A DNA stretch of 12,490 bases from Pseudobdellovibrionaceae bacterium (GTDB taxonomy: Bacteria; Bdellovibrionota; Bdellovibrionia; Bdellovibrionales; Bdellovibrionaceae), in assembly GCA_039810425.1 (NCBI GenBank), contig JBDHWW010000073.1, forward strand, positions 1-12,490, read 5' to 3'. Shown piece by piece: positions 7,853 through 12,490 of this stretch (the stretch's first letter is position 1; each line of letters begins with the position of its first letter). The translations under genes were made by a program, and so were the position numbers. The notes under the pieces were generated by a model. It was not told the origin of the DNA. It made no database searches and worked only from the letters and a program-made list of their open reading frames with translations.

Positions 7853-7891
7853 GGGACTTTTTGTCCTCCCACGGATGGGACAAAATATCCC
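7853..7891. promoter_or_regulatory. Tandem putative activator sites (GRGAC-N5-GTCYC)
   Basis: GGGACTTTTTGTCCT (7853-7867) and GGGACAAAATATCCC (7877-7891). Confidence 0.65.
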
Positions 7892-7919
7892 AAAACGCCG
7901 CAAAAAGCCCTTAAAAAGG

Positions 7920-7935
7920 CGGCGCCGTTTTTGCA
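7920..7935 (+). promoter_or_regulatory. sigma54 -24/-12 promoter of the CBS gene
   Basis: CGGCGCCGTTTTTGCA has exact GG-N10-GC spacing with TTGCA, and ends 24 nt before the ATG. Confidence 0.7.
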
Positions 7936-7959
7936 GTGAACCTTTTCATAGGAGAAACC

Positions 7960-8430
7960 ATGAAAAACGTCACGGCAAAACAAGTTATGACAAAATCGCT
8001 GATCACAGCTCCTGCGGGATCTCCCTTGAGTCAAGCATGGCAAATCATGGAAGAGAATCACTTCCGCCATCTTCCGATCGTCAACGCTTCACAGGAAATT
8101 ATTGGTATTTTATCGCTGCGGGATTTGAACTTCATCAAAAACCCCGATCTTATTCCCGTCGAGTACGTGATGTCGGCTCCGGTGGTTTCCGTGGACCAAA
8201 ACACGCCACTGAGAAATACCATCAGTAAAATTTTGGAAATGAAAATATCGAGTCTGTTGATTACAGATCACGAAGACACCGTCGTGGGGATTCTTACCAC
8301 GGACGACCTTTTATGGTATTTAAGTTCACTTTTAGAAGAGGCCCGCGGCAATAAGTTTTCTTTTTCAAGCCTGTTTGACCTGCAAACGATTGGCGAGGCC
8401 GCTCAGCAAATTTCCAACGCCGGAATCTAG
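7960..8430 (+). CDS. CBS-domain pair protein
   Basis: VMTKSLIT..A..IMEENHFRHLPIVN..IIGILS, then VMSAPVVSV..ISSLLITD..VVGILTTDDLL. Start moved to ATG 7960 (RBS AGGAG). Confidence 0.9.
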   Translation: MKNVTAKQVMTKSLITAPAGSPLSQAWQIMEENHFRHLPIVNASQEIIGILSLRDLNFIKNPDLIPVEYVMSAPVVSVDQNTPLRNTISKILEMKISSLLITDHEDTVVGILTTDDLLWYLSSLLEEARGNKFSFSSLFDLQTIGEAAQQISNAGI

Positions 8431-9704
8431 TTCCGACGTTGGTGCAGATCGCGCCATTGCCGGGCCAGGGTTTCCCGATCGTCTGGATGGGAGATTGCAA
8501 TCAAGGCGTTGGCTCTTTCGTTCAGGGTTTTTCCATATAGATCCGCAACTCCATACTCCGTCACTACAAAATGTGCATGGGCCCGCGTGGTGACCACCCC
8601 GGCCCCACTTTGTAAGACGCAGCTAATGCGCGAGCGCCCTTTACGGGTGCGCGAAGGTAAGGCAATGATTGGTTTTCCGCCCGGCGAAAGGCTCGCCCCG
8701 CGAATGAAGTCCATCTGCCCACCGACACCGGAAATAATTTTACTGCCGATCGAGTCCGCACAAATTTGCCCGGTCAAATCGACTTCCACCGCCGAGTTGA
8801 TGGCAGCCACTTTTTTGTTTCTGCAAATCACTGACGGATTATTCACGTAGTCACTCGGGAGTTGGATCACGGAAGGGTTGTCGTTGATAAAATCATAGAC
8901 GGCCTGGGTTCCCATGACAAAGGCAGAAACGGTTTTCCCAGGGTGCACCGTTTTCTGGGAGTTTGTAATAGCACCCGCTTTAAGCAGCGCCAAAATTCCA
9001 TCAGACCACATCTCACTGTGCACGCCTAAATTCTTGTGTCCCTGAAGCTGCGCCAGCACGGCATCCGGAATACTACCGATGCCCACTTGCAAACAGGCTC
9101 CATCTTCAATCAGGCCGGCAACATGGCGACCAATGGTTTCATCTTGGGCCGTCAAACTTTTTTGCTTAGCTTGATACAAAGGGACATCCGTCTCGATATA
9201 AGCATCTAAATCGTTGATGTGTATGAAACCATCACCATGCACCCGTGGCATCTGACGATTAATTTGCGCAATCACAACATCCGCAGTATCGACGGCCGCC
9301 CGGGCCACATCAACACTGGTTCCCAGAGTGCAATACCCCTGTTTGTCTGGTGCGGAAAGATGCACTAAGGCCACATGAATAGGTCTTTTTCCCGAGCGAA
9401 AAAGTTGCGGGATCTCAGAAAGGAAACAAGGCAGATAATCTACACGGTCGCCGTCGATATGATCTCGCATATTGGCTCCGACAAAAAGATTCACCACACG
9501 AAAGCTTTTTGCATAAGCCGGTGCCGCTTGATTGGCGACACCTTCCGTATGCAAATGAATAAGCTCGACATTTTCTAAACGCGGAGCTTCGGCCACCAAA
9601 GCGTCGAGCAAAACCAAGGGCGTTGCGGCCCCGCCATGTACAAACACCCGTTGATGAGATTGTATAAGAGAAAGTGCTTCTCGGGCTGAAGTGAATTTTG
9701 CCAT
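8427..9704 (-). CDS. Acetyl-CoA hydrolase/transferase family protein (4-hydroxybutyrate CoA-transferase-like)
   Basis: LQVGIGSIP, LGVHSEM (catalytic Glu), INSAVEVDLTGQ, SGVGGQMDF.RGA, VVTEYGVADLYGK, LIAISHPDDRE. Start moved to ATG 9704, 1 nt after the SDR stop. Confidence 0.92.
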   Translation of the reverse strand: MAKFTSAREALSLIQSHQRVFVHGGAATPLVLLDALVAEAPRLENVELIHLHTEGVANQAAPAYAKSFRVVNLFVGANMRDHIDGDRVDYLPCFLSEIPQLFRSGKRPIHVALVHLSAPDKQGYCTLGTSVDVARAAVDTADVVIAQINRQMPRVHGDGFIHINDLDAYIETDVPLYQAKQKSLTAQDETIGRHVAGLIEDGACLQVGIGSIPDAVLAQLQGHKNLGVHSEMWSDGILALLKAGAITNSQKTVHPGKTVSAFVMGTQAVYDFINDNPSVIQLPSDYVNNPSVICRNKKVAAINSAVEVDLTGQICADSIGSKIISGVGGQMDFIRGASLSPGGKPIIALPSRTRKGRSRISCVLQSGAGVVTTRAHAHFVVTEYGVADLYGKTLNERANALIAISHPDDRETLARQWRDLHQRRN

Positions 9705-9705
9705 T

Positions 9706-10479
9706 TTATTGCGCCACCCAACCACCGTCGATAACCATCGGATGACCAACCACAAAAGCGGCACCTTCTGTGCATAACCACAACACCGCGCTGGCGATTT
9801 CGTTCGGCTGCCCCACACGGCCAATAGGCTCTCCCGCAGTCAACAAACCTTGAGCTTCGGCATTGCCTTCTATAAAGCGATCAATCATCGGCGTCTGAAT
9901 GACCCCGGGACATACGGCATTAATACGCACGTTGGACTTTACAAATTCTAAGGCCGCTGTTTTTGTCAGTCCCACAATCCCATGCTTGCTGGCAACATAG
10001 GCAGGGCTTCCCATAAAGCCCACCACCCCGGCAATAGAGGCGCAGTTGACAATCGAGCCGCCACCTTGCTTAATCATCTGCGGAATTTGATACTTCATAC
10101 AAAGCCAAACTCCTTTTAGGTTGATATCAATCACTTTTTGCCAATTCTCTTCACTACAGTCCACGGTGCTGGCGGAGGTGCCTTCGATGCCGGCATTATT
10201 GAACGCGAAGTCCAATCGACCGTAAAGTGAAACAGTTTTATCGATGGCTGCTTTGACATCCGCGGGGTCCGCGACATTGCACTTAATGAACACGCTGGAT
10301 CCACCAATTTTTTCAATCATCCGTACAGTTTGTGTGCCGGCATCGTCATTCACGTCCGCCACAATAACTGTAGCACCGCTTTCTGCAAAAGCCAGGGCCG
10401 TGGCTCGACCAATTCCCGTAGAACCCCCTGTCACAAAAGCCACTTTATCTTTAAATTGGAACTTTGTTTGAGTATTCAT
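9706..10479 (-). CDS. Classical short-chain dehydrogenase/reductase, probably NAD-preferring
   Basis: TGGSTGIG, an Asp after beta-2 (IVADV), NNAG, catalytic S...YVASK, RINAVCPG and IDGG. Confidence 0.93.
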   Translation of the reverse strand: MNTQTKFQFKDKVAFVTGGSTGIGRATALAFAESGATVIVADVNDDAGTQTVRMIEKIGGSSVFIKCNVADPADVKAAIDKTVSLYGRLDFAFNNAGIEGTSASTVDCSEENWQKVIDINLKGVWLCMKYQIPQMIKQGGGSIVNCASIAGVVGFMGSPAYVASKHGIVGLTKTAALEFVKSNVRINAVCPGVIQTPMIDRFIEGNAEAQGLLTAGEPIGRVGQPNEIASAVLWLCTEGAAFVVGHPMVIDGGWVAQ

Positions 10480-10527
10480 TCATCCCCCGATAGATTTTAA
10501 TTTCACGCACAGTCTAGTGCCGTGAAG

Positions 10528-10544
10528 TGCAAGGATCAGACCAG
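10528..10544 (-). promoter_or_regulatory. sigma54 -24/-12 promoter of the SDR/CoA-transferase operon
   Basis: CTGGTCTGATCCTTGCA, i.e. TGG-N10-GC with TTGCA. Confidence 0.72.
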
Positions 10545-10581
10545 GGTCTCATCACTCTCTTCTGCTTTTCAAGTTAAAAAC

Positions 10582-10617
10582 GGGACATTCTGCCTCGCCC
10601 CCGGGAAACATTGTCTC
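10582..10617. promoter_or_regulatory. Tandem putative activator sites (GRGAC-N5-GTCYC)
   Basis: GGGACATTCTGCCTC (10582-10596) and GGGAAACATTGTCTC (10603-10617), 21 bp centre to centre. Confidence 0.65.
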
Positions 10618-10720
10618 GGGGCAAAAAAACGTTTCGCAAAAGACACCGAGAAGGTTAACAGTACTGCTTGGAGTTCTTTTTTGAAGAATACGCTTACTCA
10701 CGTCGTAACTATATCCAAAA

Positions 10721-12133
10721 TTATAAGCGCCCGATGTTCGACAACAGTTTTTCAATACGAAATAAAATTATATTTCGTATTCTGTAAATGAAACGCCGAT
10801 AGCCGTCTATTTCACGCCACTCATTGAGTTCTGTCTGCATCCCGGGAAATGTCTTAATAAAATCTGTCCCTTTGCGATTATCGTACTCTTGAATAAAGCT
10901 AACAAAGTTTCGTTTTCGATAATTTAACTCAAATTTTTCAAATGTAGCGTTTTCCGCATAGCCGACAATCCTTTTAAGCTTATTGATTTCATAGGAATCG
11001 AAAGAGCTCCCCATATCAATCATCTGCTGCAGCTGTTGCCTGATAAGTTTTTTCTTGTCATTGGATAAAATCGAAACGCTCAAAAAACTTGGCTCATGCA
11101 ACAAAGAAATATCAATCAAAATTCTTTGGCTGCCGAATCTTGATTTCAAATCGGCGATAAAAATTAAAAGCTCATTAAACTTAAAAACACTTAGGGCATT
11201 ATACGTAACCATTACAGTAAATCGTGACTTAGGTAATTGTTCTAGCGCCTTCTCAAGATTCAATTTCCACAAATCTAGACTTAAACCATAACGAATGTAT
11301 TCTGCATGCGTGCCCCATGTGTCTATGCTTGTATAAATATTAATCTCTTTTACGGCATTAGACTTTTCCAAAAAATCAAGGTTCTTAAGAGTTTTCTCAA
11401 GTATATTGGTGGAGATGCCAAAATTAGAATTTATATTTAACACCATCTTTGGGGATGGATGAGTGATTAAGTAATCCAATAGCCGATCACAGTCTTTGGA
11501 TAATAAAGGCTCCCCACCGGTAATTCGCAACTCATGAAGGCTCGAAGAAATTTTTGGATACCATTGCCAAAAGGCTTTAACATACGGGTTGTTTTTTTCA
11601 GATAGAGGTAAAGTTTTAGACTTTGCAGCATAGAGCAAACTGCCAAAGTGATCCGATGTTGGGTATGGGCCATAGCTTTTAACTTCCCCCATCCATCTTG
11701 ATGAATCTTGAGGGCAACAATAAGCACATTGAAAATTACAAATATTAGAAAAAGAAACTTCCAAGTATGTTGGCACGGCATCTTCATCCCAAGATTTTTT
11801 AGAAATTTCTTCTAAATATGGTCGTGCCCATGGGTCACTCGACTTTATATGGCGATCACTGAAATGATCTCCTGATAAGTCCTCAATTTTCCAACAATAC
11901 GAACACTCAGCTGGTCGTTTTCCTTCTAACATCTCTTTACGAGCGATTTTCTTTGTTTGCGTATTGTGAAGTGCCGAAGAGTTATCCTGAAGCTCCTTCA
12001 AGGAAACTCGGTGCGTTTTAGGATGATGGCAAGAATGTGTGTTTCCATTCTGTAAATGGATAGTCACTTGCAACCATTTCGCGGTACAAAAGGAGGGGGA
12101 AATCTTATTAAGTACTTCTTTAATAGAATTCAC
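10721..12133 (-). CDS. Radical SAM protein with N-terminal SPASM/twitch-like Cys domain
   Basis: CNFQCAYC at 11717-11740 and the TGGEP motif. N-terminal FCTAKW..SCHHP..CSYCWKIE Cys cluster. Confidence 0.88.
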   Translation of the reverse strand: MNSIKEVLNKISPSFCTAKWLQVTIHLQNGNTHSCHHPKTHRVSLKELQDNSSALHNTQTKKIARKEMLEGKRPAECSYCWKIEDLSGDHFSDRHIKSSDPWARPYLEEISKKSWDEDAVPTYLEVSFSNICNFQCAYCCPQDSSRWMGEVKSYGPYPTSDHFGSLLYAAKSKTLPLSEKNNPYVKAFWQWYPKISSSLHELRITGGEPLLSKDCDRLLDYLITHPSPKMVLNINSNFGISTNILEKTLKNLDFLEKSNAVKEINIYTSIDTWGTHAEYIRYGLSLDLWKLNLEKALEQLPKSRFTVMVTYNALSVFKFNELLIFIADLKSRFGSQRILIDISLLHEPSFLSVSILSNDKKKLIRQQLQQMIDMGSSFDSYEINKLKRIVGYAENATFEKFELNYRKRNFVSFIQEYDNRKGTDFIKTFPGMQTELNEWREIDGYRRFIYRIRNIILFRIEKLLSNIGRL

Positions 12134-12319
12134 GACACAAGGTTTCCCTAAAAAATCACTATTGCCAAGGTTTATATGGTACTAAAAATTAAAATACCAC
12201 ATCAATTCCTCCGAGCTCTACCGTTTTTTTACAGTTTACGGCAATACTAAGCTCTGATTGCATTCCCGCAACTATGAGTTTCGTAATTCCTAATAGGACA
12301 CTCGAACCATATCCAATGG

Positions 12320-12335
12320 AGGCACCTGCCTTGCA
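12320..12335 (+). promoter_or_regulatory. Candidate sigma54 promoter pointing right
   Basis: AGGCACCTGCCTTGCA (GG-N10-GC), followed by RBS-like GAGGT at 12351-12355 and ATG at 12360. Confidence 0.55.
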
Positions 12336-12359
12336 TTATAGTGCCGAGAAGAGGTCAGC

Positions 12360-12490
12360 ATGAAACAAGTAAGATTTTATCAGCGCAGAACTATTATATT
12401 TACATTGGTGACACCAATAACAATGCGGACCTCGCCGCGGTTGGAACCCTTATCGTCCTTGTCTTTTTTGTATCCAGTGCCATCTGCTAC
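12360..12490 (+). pseudogene. Possible gene start (MKQVRFYQRRTIIFTLV...), probably disrupted near 12410
   Basis: Promoter, RBS, ATG and a signal-peptide-like opening. Beyond about 12405 the frame is the antisense of a transposase-like sequence. It is open to the window edge. Confidence 0.3.
12380..12490 (-). mobile_element. Probable truncated DDE transposase fragment (ISH6/ISLre2, UPF0236-like)
   Basis: The minus frame reads VADGTGYKKDKDDKGSNRGEVRIVIGVTNVNIIVLR*. ADGT followed by a beta-hairpin resembles the first catalytic Asp region of ISH6-like transposases (from memory), and it stops prematurely. Confidence 0.45.

Noticed and set aside
7859..7885. TTTTGTCC...GGACAAAA as a terminator of the regulator gene
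   Set aside because: There is no U-tract on the + strand, and the symmetry is explained by two adjacent palindromic sites. A dual role is not excluded.
10507..10522. Second sigma54-like CGGCAC...GC on the minus strand
   Set aside because: The spacing is GG-N11-GC, whereas sigma54 requires N10.
1495..11787. Numerous short ORFs in the track overlapping the main genes (e.g. 1495..1827, 2534..2938, 4263..4616, 7842..8228, 8509..8850, 10522..10791, 11467..11787)
   Set aside because: They are antisense or off-frame shadows of well-supported genes, or they span regulatory DNA, and they have no recognisable motifs.
12377..12404. dif/Xer-like site (TTATATTTACA resembles a XerD arm)
   Set aside because: Only 7/11 positions match, and there is no XerC arm at the 6-bp spacing.
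1..12490. CRISPR array, tRNA/rRNA, retron or riboswitch
   Set aside because: I saw no regularly spaced direct repeats or recognisable RNA motifs by eye, and there is no reverse transcriptase or cas gene. An Rfam scan would be needed to fully exclude small RNAs.

Overview
The window looks like chromosomal DNA of a Bdellovibrio-like predatory bacterium (Bdellovibrionota), inferred from the fibre-protein N-terminus and gene families. Its core (about 1.6-10.6 kb) appears to be a self-contained sigma54 regulon. A divergent pair, a cytoplasmic Aer/NifL-type PAS histidine kinase and an NtrC-family activator, is surrounded by three transcription units. Each has a correctly spaced -24/-12 promoter and a tandem pair of the palindrome GRGAC-N5-GTCYC. 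The targets are (i) an operon of four exported proteins (small two-Cys protein, M4/M36-like lipoprotein peptidase, lipocalin-like protein, CxxCH heme-c/TPR-like protein), (ii) a CBS-pair protein and (iii) an SDR plus CoA-transferase. The flanks hold a DHFR/RibD_C-family gene, an AT-rich radical SAM gene and, missing from the ORF track, the 5' part of a tail-fibre-like adhesin gene apparently interrupted by an IS1595-like element. At the right edge, a sigma54-driven gene start runs into a probable transposase fragment. All family calls are by motif recognition; no searches were run.
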